Source: Nitrosopumilaceae archaeon
GTDB taxonomy: Archaea > Thermoproteota > Nitrososphaeria > Nitrososphaerales > Nitrosopumilaceae
Direction of reading: 5' to 3'
DNA length: 64,000 nt
NCBI GenBank assembly: GCA_965214835.1
Contig: CBDCCK010000002.1
Span: forward strand, 128,001 to 192,000
How positions within the stretch are numbered: position 1 is the stretch's first letter; the number at the start of each line of letters is the position of its first letter. A program made the translations under genes and the position numbers. Under the pieces are notes generated by a model. That model did not search any database. It was not told the DNA's origin and saw nothing but the letters and a program-made list of their open reading frames with translations. Of this stretch, positions 46,535 to 55,724 are shown one piece after another.

Positions 46535-47038
46535 TTATCCTGCTGTTAACAACATACCCGGATATGCGTTATAGATCCCCGTCAGCAGCGCACGCTGGCT
46601 CTCGGCCTGCAGGAGGCGTATCTTCTCGTGCAGGTCGCCTATCTCCGACGTCTTTTCTGCCAGCAGCCTGCGCCACTTGACGCGCCCCTTCGTGGTGAGG
46701 GAGTATATATCATACTTGTGATTGCCGCTGCCGGCATCCTTTTTTATCAGCCCCGCATCGACGCATTTTTCTATGTCTGCCTCCAGCTGCCTGCTGAACG
46801 GCCCGTAATGGTATGCCTTCCAGTCGTCATAAAACGGCACCATGTACTCGATTGCCAGCTCTGACAGCTCCTTCCGGTACTGTTTGTGCAGCAGAAACCC
46901 GTATTTCTGCAGCCGTGTCGCCCCGTGTACGGCATTGTCGTTTATTATGAACAGTACGCGCTCCTCTGGCTGCAGTATCATCTGCTGAATGTATGCGGTG
47001 TTGTTATAAAAAGTATCAAGGCCGGCAGTCCATACCAC
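46535..47038 (-). CDS. Panacea/SocA (DUF4065)-like antitoxin-domain protein
   Basis: GATRLQKYGFL, FYDDWKAYHYGPFS, IYNAYP; likely start about 46983. Confidence 0.7.
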   Translation of the reverse strand: MVWTAGLDTFYNNTAYIQQMILQPEERVLFIINDNAVHGATRLQKYGFLLHKQYRKELSELAIEYMVPFYDDWKAYHYGPFSRQLEADIEKCVDAGLIKKDAGSGNHKYDIYSLTTKGRVKWRRLLAEKTSEIGDLHEKIRLLQAESQRALLTGIYNAYPGMLLTAG

Positions 47039-47072
47039 GCCTTAAATCCGCATAAAGAACTTCAAAGCACGG

Positions 47073-47459
47073 ATGATCGAGATACTGCGGTCAATTGCCG
47101 GAGGGATGATGACTGTTGCAATGGTGGATATCATTCGTGCCATGACCAAAAAAGCGGCAAGGGACAGGGAGATATCCAAGATCAGAAAGTCTTTCAGAGA
47201 AGCCGAAGTGCGCACAAAGCACGGACGAAGTGATGGCGACAGGATAGTTGATCACATGGCAAGATTTGGATGTTTTAAATCTCAACTGCAAAATACCAAA
47301 CTAGCGGTGACATATTCTGAGAATTTAAGAATCAATCAAAAAGTTGAGCTGTTGCATATGATAGACAAGAGGCTGGACATCCTTGCCATTTTTGCAAGTA
47401 GCCAGATGTCAATGGCGGTTTACGAGATATTCTTTGATGATCTTAGAAAGCTCAGGTGA
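47073..47459 (+). CDS. N-terminal-TM hypothetical protein (paralogue of 59831-60274)
   Basis: FKSQLQNTK...YEIFFDDLRKLR vs FRSRLQNAK...YGQFFDGLGKLRWLKF. Confidence 0.65.
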   Translation: MIEILRSIAGGMMTVAMVDIIRAMTKKAARDREISKIRKSFREAEVRTKHGRSDGDRIVDHMARFGCFKSQLQNTKLAVTYSENLRINQKVELLHMIDKRLDILAIFASSQMSMAVYEIFFDDLRKLR

Positions 47460-47549
47460 TTAGGTTTTTGGGATTGCCGGAAATGACGTATTCTGATCCG
47501 TGTTCACACATGCTGGCAGGCTTGTCATTCCACTTTGTTGAATGAAAAA

Positions 47550-47657
47550 TTAATCCTCGTCCTCTTCAGAGTCCTGATACTTGTCACTGTTTGGATTCAT
47601 TTGTTGTGAGTGGTTGTCCAGATCGGCCTTGTCGCCTTTACCTTCGTATTTTCCCAT
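47550..47657 (-). CDS. 35-aa acidic peptide with DNHSQQMNPN motif
   Basis: MGKYEGKGDKADLDNHSQQMNPNSDKYQDSEEDED*; CTTATAA TATA-like box upstream; below the ORF-track cutoff. Confidence 0.6.
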   Translation of the reverse strand: MGKYEGKGDKADLDNHSQQMNPNSDKYQDSEEDED

Positions 47658-47810
47658 GGTGTTTGTTCACGTGGATTGTTTATAAGGATTCCATGATGGA
47701 TGTGCGAGGCCGGTAAGAGCTGATGACTCTGGATCGCGCAAGGCCGTGCCCCCGGCACTGCCTGGCGGGGATCCTGCGAGCCGTTCCCCGCTTAAATGTA
47801 AAGGCGCATC

Positions 47811-48071
47811 ATGTCTGCATTGTACCTTGGAAGGCTTGTCACAACGGCCCGCACCGTCAGCTGCAGGGCAGACCGCGGCTGGAGACCATCCGTTGGCAGG
47901 TATCACCCCCTGACAGTGATAATGCTTGTAATCGCGGCCTTGTATGTGTCGCTCTTCTCGTCCCTTGGCCTTGTCGGGGAACCTGCCGATGAGCGGTACC
48001 TGATGGCCGCAAGCTACGGGATGATTGTTTTTGCCGTCTGGCTCGCGTGGTCGCACCTTCTCAAATCATAA
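47811..48071 (+). CDS. Small 2-TM membrane protein
   Basis: Two hydrophobic segments in the C-terminal half. Confidence 0.45.
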   Translation: MSALYLGRLVTTARTVSCRADRGWRPSVGRYHPLTVIMLVIAALYVSLFSSLGLVGEPADERYLMAASYGMIVFAVWLAWSHLLKS

Positions 48072-48243
48072 TGCGATGGGATCCCGGGTTCAGGACTGCG
48101 CAGGCCGAATGCCGGGATTTTTATAATACCGCCTCCAATATATCGTGAGTTCGCTCCTTGCGTCCTTGGTTTCGATCAGGATTGCAGGCCCCGCCGGGCA
48201 TTATGCATGTGCCCGTTTTGCGAAGGCGGGGAGCTTTTTCCTT

Positions 48244-48317
48244 GGGGGTGTAGTTTAGACTGGATAGAATGCCAGATTCGCAACTGGAGATTGAGGGTTC
48301 GAATCCCTCCATCCCCT
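48244..48317 (+). tRNA. tRNA-like gene with abnormal (8-nt) anticodon loop
   Basis: Acceptor GGGGGTG/CATCCCC, D-loop AGACTGGATA, CCAG-ATTCGCAA-CTGG, T-arm GAGGG-TTCGAAT-CCCTC. Confidence 0.7.
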
Positions 48318-48368
48318 TGACTACCGAGAGGGGACATGATTACAAGGTCACCTAGAAGAGTTTCTTTC

Positions 48369-48506
48369 GTTACCTGTACCATTGATTCCGCAAAACCGTT
48401 TTGCGTGTAAACACGCAAAAGTGTGGCGCGCAAGTGATTGTACCCAAATGGAATCATGGATCATGACGCGGTTAAATGGTTGGATGAATCCGGATGTTGA
48501 ATGTCT
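48369..48506 (+). repeat. Direct repeat copy 2 of 43255-43402
   Basis: Contains an orphan MVQVTKET start and palindromes GCAAAAC-C-GTTTTGC and GCGTGT-AA-ACACGC. Confidence 0.88.
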
Positions 48507-48600
48507 CGTAAGCACTCAAAATCCGCTTGCAGATCCACACGCCACCGTCCGCACCTGTGTGAATCCGATTGTGCTTGGAAAGACATACAGCACGACTGCC

Positions 48601-49851
48601 CTACTTTGCTTTCTTGATAGTTATTCTGTTGGGCAGTTTCTTGCTCTTGGCTCTGCCCTTTCCATATTTCTGATCCAAAATAAAATTAGCGTCCCTTTGA
48701 GAAATTTCTGCCCCCAGCAGATGGGCAATCAGCCTTCCTGCCGTGCGCGCCGTGCGCTTTCCATACATCACGCGCCCGTTGGTCCTTATCAATATGCCAT
48801 TCCACATGTCGTTGTCCCTGCTCCAGTTGATCCTGTTCAATTTCTTCACAAGCGTATCTTTGTCTGTGTCAGTAGCTCCCAATAAGACACATGCAAGCGA
48901 GTATCCCATGACTATTGAGAGTTGTCCTACCGGGAGTCCCAGAATGGACCTTTTGCGCAATTCGATCCTTGAACTGTCGCCATTCTTTGCCGCGTCCCCC
49001 AACACCTTTTTCCATTCTATTATGCCCGACAGCAGCCGCCTCCACTCTTTTTCTATGTCCTTTTGCATGTCATCTCTTTCCTTGTCATTCATTGTTTCTG
49101 GCCTCCCGACAATTTGAATTGGAAGCGCAGGCAGCAGCTCCCTGTTTGCCTCATAAACAGTAGACATCAGCGTAAACTCTGGTGATTTTTTGTTTAGCGA
49201 ACTGGAGTCGATGTTGACGAGTTTGCGCGGTATGATGCCGCCCTCTATTATTTTGCGCGTTATCACCGCCATGGCATCATCGTCATCTGTGATAAGCTTG
49301 CCTGCCTTTGATGTCGGTTTGGCATACTTGTTTATCTTGTTGAATATGTATCTGGAATCTCCCTTGTCAAATGGAACAATTATTACCACCACCCTGTCAT
49401 CGCCCAGCTTGTTTTCAGGATCGTTTTCAAGAACGCACTGAAATGCCCTTGCTCTGTGCTGGCCGTCAAGCGGTATCAGATGACGGCTGTCATCCTCGAA
49501 TGTGACAAACCCGAGATCCTGTGTAGGGCGGTTGTATGCCGCCGGCAGATCGTCCTTTACGACATCCCTTATGTTGTCAAACCCCATGGCTCCTCCATTT
49601 GATGCCTCTGTCGCCATCACTAGGGCGCCTGAAAACCTCCTGGCGTCTTTTGCAAAATACGGCGCAATGTCCCTGTCTATCCTGCGTTCGTCGAGTTTTC
49701 TCTGAAACTGCTCCTCAAGTGAATAGGTTTCCCAGCCGTCTACCTCTGTCGGGAATCTTATGTTCTTTACCAGATCCGCTATGCGTACAGTCATCACATA
49801 GTACTCGGTGCGTCCGAACCTTCCACGCAGTGCCGGGTATGTGGATGTCAT
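48601..49851 (-). CDS. DGQHR/DndB-family protein
   Basis: FQRKLDERRI, LIPLDGQHR, IFNKINKYAKP. Confidence 0.9.
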   Translation of the reverse strand: MTSTYPALRGRFGRTEYYVMTVRIADLVKNIRFPTEVDGWETYSLEEQFQRKLDERRIDRDIAPYFAKDARRFSGALVMATEASNGGAMGFDNIRDVVKDDLPAAYNRPTQDLGFVTFEDDSRHLIPLDGQHRARAFQCVLENDPENKLGDDRVVVIIVPFDKGDSRYIFNKINKYAKPTSKAGKLITDDDDAMAVITRKIIEGGIIPRKLVNIDSSSLNKKSPEFTLMSTVYEANRELLPALPIQIVGRPETMNDKERDDMQKDIEKEWRRLLSGIIEWKKVLGDAAKNGDSSRIELRKRSILGLPVGQLSIVMGYSLACVLLGATDTDKDTLVKKLNRINWSRDNDMWNGILIRTNGRVMYGKRTARTAGRLIAHLLGAEISQRDANFILDQKYGKGRAKSKKLPNRITIKKAK

Positions 49852-50180
49852 GGTGTGCCACCCGCGTTGTTTGTCAGTGGACGCATCTCCGATATTGCAT
49901 CAGATTCCATGGCGCGCAGGCGCCTCTCTGACACATCATGATATGAGAATGACAGCATGATCTCGTTTCTATACGTCTCAAAGTAATGTCTCAGCAGGAG
50001 ATTGTCCTCTGCAGTACAGTGCTCCCCTAGCCTCCTTCGCAGGTTCATGCTCATTCCAATATAGAGACACCTGCCGCGCAACCAAAAGCAGTAAAGACCT
50101 GGGGATTCATCAATTCCCTCGTATGACATGTACCCAAACGGCACCTGGCCTCCCGTCAGTCCGGATATGGGATCAGACAC
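49848..50180 (-). CDS. GIY-YIG nuclease-like protein
   Basis: PGLYCF...LYIGMSMNLRRRLGEH...E...PLTN. Confidence 0.8.
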   Translation of the reverse strand: MSDPISGLTGGQVPFGYMSYEGIDESPGLYCFWLRGRCLYIGMSMNLRRRLGEHCTAEDNLLLRHYFETYRNEIMLSFSYHDVSERRLRAMESDAISEMRPLTNNAGGTP

Positions 50181-51810
50181 CGCAGAGACCCTCGCACTCG
50201 CTTGCCATAAAGTCCTCATAGTCCTCCGTATCGCTAAAGTCTACTGTATCCAGTGGTTTTCTGTCCTTGTGAAGATAGCCCTCCCCGTGCAGCGTTCCAC
50301 GAATGTGCGGCACGTCGCGTATTGCCTTGTCTATGAACACCGCGTCATTAAACGAGTCCGGATCGTTTTCTTTTATCCACTTCCACTCCATGTCTGTGTG
50401 GTACGGGCATCCAACGCATGCGCTCCTAGGCAGGCTTTGTCCCGGATACCTTTCGGCAAACCATTCATAGAGCTGCGCCCGTGAAATCTCCATCTCTATC
50501 AACGGGAACCTGTTTGTTATCCATTCGTTTCTGCTCGGCTTCATGCGGTGGGCCTCGTCGGCACTTATTCCCATCCACATCTCTACCTGCATGTTCTTTG
50601 GCGCGCGCTTGCCCGGCTCCAGATTTAACATGTTCCGAAGTTCCCTGTGAATCGGCCGTATCTTGTAATGGTTGGTGCACTGCCTGGCAGCCACCGACCT
50701 GCTGCCGTCCTTGTTTATTAAAAATACCGGCATGTCCAGAAACTTGTCTCCTGCAGGCGTCACACCCTTTAGCACGTTCTCGCGTATGTCTCCTGCCGTA
50801 ACCCTGATCACCTTGTAGGACAGCTGCTTTTCAAGCCAGTCAAGGTGCTTGTATACGTGCGGCGGCTCCCACTTTGTGTCCGCAAATATGGCAACATCCG
50901 GCTTTTCCAGTCCTCCCCATCCGCTTTCTGCCATGAGCGCCATCACTGTTGACTGGGTACCGGCCCCCAAGCTGAGCACCTTGAATTTTTTTACGCCCCT
51001 CAGATACCGGCGGTCAGACACAGATTCGGGCCTGCACATCTGGCGGTCAACTGCGCGGCTTACCAGGCCCCGTGCATCCCCCTGCGTCAGCACATCCAAT
51101 AATCTGGAGCCTGCCTCCAGGTTCAGCTCCCTGGCCACCATCCTGTATCCGTAGCGGTTCATGCCTTTCCCCTCGTTGAGCAGTGCCCTGATGCACTCGG
51201 CCCGGACTGTCGGATTGCGCAGTACCCCGAACTCCATCGTATGGTGATAGTATTCAGGATGCTTGGAGAACATGTCCAGTGCCTGTCGTGTATCAAACGC
51301 CCCGTTTGAGGCCTCTGCTGACTGCCGTGCAATGTGTGCTATCCACCATGTCCTGCCTGAAATGCTTGCCTCGTATATATCCCGTTTCTGTGACGACTTT
51401 GTGAGCCAGTGTTTTTGCACGTTTGATGCCGTCGTCTTTTTTCCACTTATCGGCCAGCGCTCTATCCCGTATCTGTGCAGATATACGTGGTTTATGTATG
51501 CGAGCAGCTCCGGCATCACTGCAAGCTTTGGCGTCATCCCTGTCAGGGAGTTGTAAAAATCAAGCGCCTGGGAATCTGCCTCATGACGTCGATTCACTGG
51601 CTTGTCTGCAGGCGGCATCATCATGATTGGACTGCCGCTGACTGTCACGTCCACACTTTTTCTATAATCGTCAATGCCGTTTTCCCGTAGCAACTTGACA
51701 AAGTCGGCATCCGGGTTCTCGTAATGATCTAGGTTGTCTGTTATGTTGCCCAAAAGCCATTCAAATGCCTCGTCAGAGAACCTGTACAGCTCACTCATTG
51801 CCTGCATCAT
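50173..51810 (-). CDS. DUF6339-like domain fused to PAPS-reductase-like domain
   Basis: N-terminal TPKLA...Y..ERW...ISGRTWWIAH (DUF6339-like); C-terminal LSLGAGTQST, IFADTKWEP, CTNHYK, RSACVGCPYH, ECEGLCGV. Confidence 0.75.
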   Translation of the reverse strand: MMQAMSELYRFSDEAFEWLLGNITDNLDHYENPDADFVKLLRENGIDDYRKSVDVTVSGSPIMMMPPADKPVNRRHEADSQALDFYNSLTGMTPKLAVMPELLAYINHVYLHRYGIERWPISGKKTTASNVQKHWLTKSSQKRDIYEASISGRTWWIAHIARQSAEASNGAFDTRQALDMFSKHPEYYHHTMEFGVLRNPTVRAECIRALLNEGKGMNRYGYRMVARELNLEAGSRLLDVLTQGDARGLVSRAVDRQMCRPESVSDRRYLRGVKKFKVLSLGAGTQSTVMALMAESGWGGLEKPDVAIFADTKWEPPHVYKHLDWLEKQLSYKVIRVTAGDIRENVLKGVTPAGDKFLDMPVFLINKDGSRSVAARQCTNHYKIRPIHRELRNMLNLEPGKRAPKNMQVEMWMGISADEAHRMKPSRNEWITNRFPLIEMEISRAQLYEWFAERYPGQSLPRSACVGCPYHTDMEWKWIKENDPDSFNDAVFIDKAIRDVPHIRGTLHGEGYLHKDRKPLDTVDFSDTEDYEDFMASECEGLCGV

Positions 51811-52597
51811 CCTTGAGTATGTGCCTTAGGGGGTTTTCCAGCAGGTTTTGCGCGATGACGTATGGTGATTCCTTGTATGGGGGCTCATATCCGCGTTTTT
51901 TCAGGCTGTCTGTAAGCGCTTGTGCCCATTTCCTATCCAGGTTGTCTCCAAGTTCCTGTATTGCATGTGTGATGGCCGACATGTAAAGCGATGGAAACAG
52001 CACATGATCCCTGGCGTTCCTCCTTGCGCGTACCCTGTTAAAAGTGGTCTTGTGCATTCTTATCTGTATTTTATCCCCGCTCAGATCAATCCTGTACTGG
52101 TCCTCGCCTACCGACTTTTCTGGTATTATTTGTATGGCTGACCCTATCTTCTGGATGGAATCAAGCGTGAGCTCGTGCGTGTCCCCCATTGCAAGTATGG
52201 CGCCTGCTGGCAGATGGCACCTTATTCCCTTGAATTCCCTGTCGTGTTCTGCTGAGGAAAATGCCTCTATGTTCCGGATGGCTGCTATGTATGGAAGGAG
52301 TGTTATCTTTTCTGCATAGTCTGCCTCTGTGAGAGTTATTGTGGTCTTGGATTCCCTTATCTGAAATACCTGGCGGGCATATGTGCTTGGGCACCTTACT
52401 GCAATGAAAAAGCCTGCGTTGCCGTCAGTTATCTGCTGGCTCAGAAACCTGCTTTTTAGATCTGTCGTCATTTCTATCTTGATGCATCCGTCAAGTGTCC
52501 TCTGCACGTTGCCATCTATACTCGTGTCAAAGATGCATTCTTTTTGATAATCCTGGCGATCCGGTGATAATACCGGGTGCGGTATCAGCGCAGTCAT
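51791..52597 (-). CDS. Hypothetical protein in GHKL operon
   Basis: PHPVL...DY, VRCPSTYAR, PAGAILAMG, AQNLLENPL; overlapped on both sides. Confidence 0.8.
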   Translation of the reverse strand: MTALIPHPVLSPDRQDYQKECIFDTSIDGNVQRTLDGCIKIEMTTDLKSRFLSQQITDGNAGFFIAVRCPSTYARQVFQIRESKTTITLTEADYAEKITLLPYIAAIRNIEAFSSAEHDREFKGIRCHLPAGAILAMGDTHELTLDSIQKIGSAIQIIPEKSVGEDQYRIDLSGDKIQIRMHKTTFNRVRARRNARDHVLFPSLYMSAITHAIQELGDNLDRKWAQALTDSLKKRGYEPPYKESPYVIAQNLLENPLRHILKDDAGNE

Positions 52598-54442
52598 CTT
52601 TCAACCGTGCCTCCCATTGCACACTCCACGATGTCATACCCCGGATAGGCCGCCCCCTTGTCGGTCACGACATCCAGTATTATCCGCCTGTCCGGCGCGG
52701 TGTTTATCTCTACAATGTTGTTGTCAAGTGATACTGAGACTCCGTCTGACGGAAAGACGTTCCTTACATCGTGCAATCGCACGGCGTCTTCATCATATGC
52801 CTCCTCTCCTGCAGGCTTTATCATGAATCGGATGCTGCCTGACTTTGGTGTAAAGGCGACCCGCAGCGTGTTTTCAGATTTGATTATGCGCCGATTGCTT
52901 ATGTTGGTGATGCCGTCGTTGATATGCTGTCTGCCGTCGTTGCCGCCGTCATGTCCGCCATCAGATCCATCAGCACTTTCGGCACCACTGCCATCTCCTG
53001 CTTGACCTCCTCCCCCGTCCCCCTCACGTACCGGTTTGGGTTTTTGTTTTGGAAGCTGGCGTTTCTTGTGTTTAATCTCATCAGGTATGCTATCAGGCAG
53101 ATCTTCATCGTCAAATAATGGTAGTATGTCCTGCAGTTCCGTGAGATTTGTCTGGTTTCCGTCGTTGCCTATCTCCAGTATTTTTTGTATGTGGTCACGC
53201 ACCTTGTCTCCCAGGATTTTAAGCAGTTGATCCGTACTCTTCCGCTCGTTGGGATCTGCAATCCTTTCAAATTCTATTGTCTCGTGGGTCGGAGGCTCCA
53301 TCTTACGTATGCGTTCGTCAGTCCTGTCATCTTCGGCGCATATGACTGCCATAAAGTTCCCAATGTCCCCCAGGCGAGGATGGAACGGGTTTTTCCTGCG
53401 TGATTTCTCATCAGTTATCATCATTCCCCTGCGGTTTATGTACGCCACACGGTTGTCCATGTCGTCATCACCTGTCACGGCCTTTAGGGTGAATCTGCCA
53501 AACTTGCCCTCGATTTTTTCCCAGCCGCCATCGGGGCTCTTGATTATATCGTAATAGTGCCTCCTGTTGACATCATCAAAATCGATTTCGTTTAGCGTCT
53601 CGTGTGATATGGTTTTGCTCCCTACTATTACGCGCAGTTTTTTGTCATGTATTGCAGAAAAGAAATTACGCGCCACGGATTTTATTGCCGCCTTTTCCCA
53701 ACCCTGCTCCATGAACCCGATTATGAATATGCCGCTTCCCTGTGAATCAAGCCTGAACGACTTGTCTATGTCATTGCCCATTATCGGCTGGAAGCGCGAA
53801 TCCCTGAGCTCGTTTGACGTGCCAAAACCCACATTCTGCAAATCATGTCTGTTGTTTTTAGGATCACGATGTGTCACCAGCTGGCACCTGGCAATGAATT
53901 TCTCGTACCGGTTCCGGTTGAGGTATCTGGTGGAATATCCGACCATTTTTAGCTGTGAGGCCACATATGGGGCGTTCTTTCCTATCCCATAGCTTCCCCC
54001 GGCAGCACCAACCCCGGTTTTGTCTGGTGTGCCCTCCATGTACACCAGGGCATCCCATTTGCGGTCTGTCAGTCCGGTGGTATTCTTGTCTACTATTTTG
54101 AGTGTTGGAATACGCTTGCTCTGCAGTATTTTCAGTGATTTCTTGAAGAATTTGACGGCATCATCATGACGAACATAGTTCATCTTCTTTATCGACTCCT
54201 TTATGTGCGGTATCAGGTCGTTGCCGCCGATCATGCGGCTTGTAACATCTATCATTTCCATCGTTACGATGACAGGTAGATCAGAACGTCTGCCATCATG
54301 TGCATCCAGCGAGTTCTGTATTACCTCGCGGATGACATGACCCATCACGTCTGCCCTGAAAAGCTCCTGACTACCGTGATTAAAGCCGGTATCGATCCCC
54401 CCCCCCCGTAGGCGGAAAATTCCACTTTATCTTGTTTGTCAT
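52594..54442 (-). pseudogene. GHKL (HATPase_c) ATPase, frameshifted at a G11 tract (54397-54407)
   Basis: REVIQNSLDA (N box), DKNTTGL, GGSYGIGK; G10 restores MTNKIKWNFPPTGGGIDTGFNHGSQELF from ATG 54442. Confidence 0.82.
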
Positions 54443-54880
54443 GCGTTGTCTTGCCATGATCTGAGAGGGACTCACTGCCTTACCATTATGTACCCCAGTA
54501 TAAAGAATTTATGTAACAAACAGACAAGAGTCTCTCCCTCAAAAGAATTCGGATACCATCCACTCTATTATTCCAAAAAATATGTCCCAGCCGCCAACTA
54601 TAACTGCCGCGCAGCACAGCGTCACTCCTGCAGGCATCGTTGCCCGCAGCGTGTAATATGCCGTCTTTGCAACCACCATCCCAGAGCATGCTGCCATGAG
54701 TACGATTGCAGGCTTTAACGCATTAATTGCTTGGAAATCTCCTAGACAATAAAACTCGATGACGATACCTGAAGGGATTGCCGTCGTGGCAGGCACTACA
54801 ATGCCGTCCCTTAACAATCAACCGAAATCCCGCATTTTTCCAATCTAAATATACCAAACATGTTAAGAGATGACGTTGAC

Positions 54881-54968
54881 GTTGGCGTTGGCAAGCCCAC
54901 CGAGCTGATGCCTCGGCGAGTGGCCCCGAGACGGGCCGTTCATGCGGGTTCAACTCCCGTCGCCAACG
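54881..54968 (+). ncRNA. tRNA-like RNA: GAT anticodon, truncated D arm, 9-bp variable stem
   Basis: GTTGGCG/CGCCAAC acceptor, CCGAG-CTGATGC-CTCGG, GAGTGGCCC-CGAGAC-GGGCCGTTC, GCGGG-TTCAACT-CCCGT. Confidence 0.6.
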
Positions 54969-55229
54969 CTGTAATCTATCCAGACATTCTATAAAAAAGT
55001 AGGGATCTGAAAGTTTACAGCTGACGCTGAGATGTAGCCGCATGTGTGATTATAGTCACGGTGGTTCTCATATGGCGGCTTGAATTAACTGCAAAGACAC
55101 GGCACCGGCAGCTGCAATCCCGCACCTCTAGGCTGCAATGCCGCCAAGTAATAATCGTCATTAACTTAGGACATCCTTCAGCAAGTGTCCAAGGCATCAT
55201 ACCGCAAAAACATGTCATGAAATATTAGT

Positions 55230-55724
55230 GTGTATGTGTATGATGATGTAGTGGATCCCAAACCAATCATGTTGAATCCCGAAGATCGGGTATTGTTCAT
55301 AATCAATGACAGGATAATCGAGGGATCCACAAGGTTTCAAAAATACGGCTTTTTGCTGTTCAAGCAGTATCAAAAGGAGCTGACTGAGCTGAGGATGAGT
55401 CATCCCGGCTTTGATTTTTACCGTGACTGGGTTCCCCATCACTTTGGCCCGTACAGCCGACAGCTCAGCCTGGACATGCAGTCCTGCATCAAGGGTGGAC
55501 TGATGAGCAAGGTCCTGATAGACCGTTCAAGCCGTTATGCACTTACACTTAGAGGCCGCGTCAGATGGAGAAAGCTCCTTGCCATCTCTCCTGATCAGGT
55601 CACTGCAATGTCAGAAAAGGTGGCCAACATGCAAAGGACATCCCTTTACGGATTGCTGAGGTCAATCTACAGCGCCTATCCGGAATATGCGGTAAACAGC
55701 CAGATAAAAGAAAGACTACAGTGA
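55230..55724 (+). CDS. Panacea/SocA (DUF4065)-like protein, paralogue of 46535-47038
   Basis: PEDRVLFIIND..IEGSTRFQKYGFL...DWVPHHFGPYS...IYSAYP. Confidence 0.72.
   Translation: MYVYDDVVDPKPIMLNPEDRVLFIINDRIIEGSTRFQKYGFLLFKQYQKELTELRMSHPGFDFYRDWVPHHFGPYSRQLSLDMQSCIKGGLMSKVLIDRSSRYALTLRGRVRWRKLLAISPDQVTAMSEKVANMQRTSLYGLLRSIYSAYPEYAVNSQIKERLQ

Noticed and set aside
48601-51810. Canonical dnd/ssp phosphorothioation cluster
   Set aside because: No DndA/IscS, DndD, DndE or SspB/C. The PAPS domain is of the phage/MGE type, so it is reported as a distinct candidate system instead.
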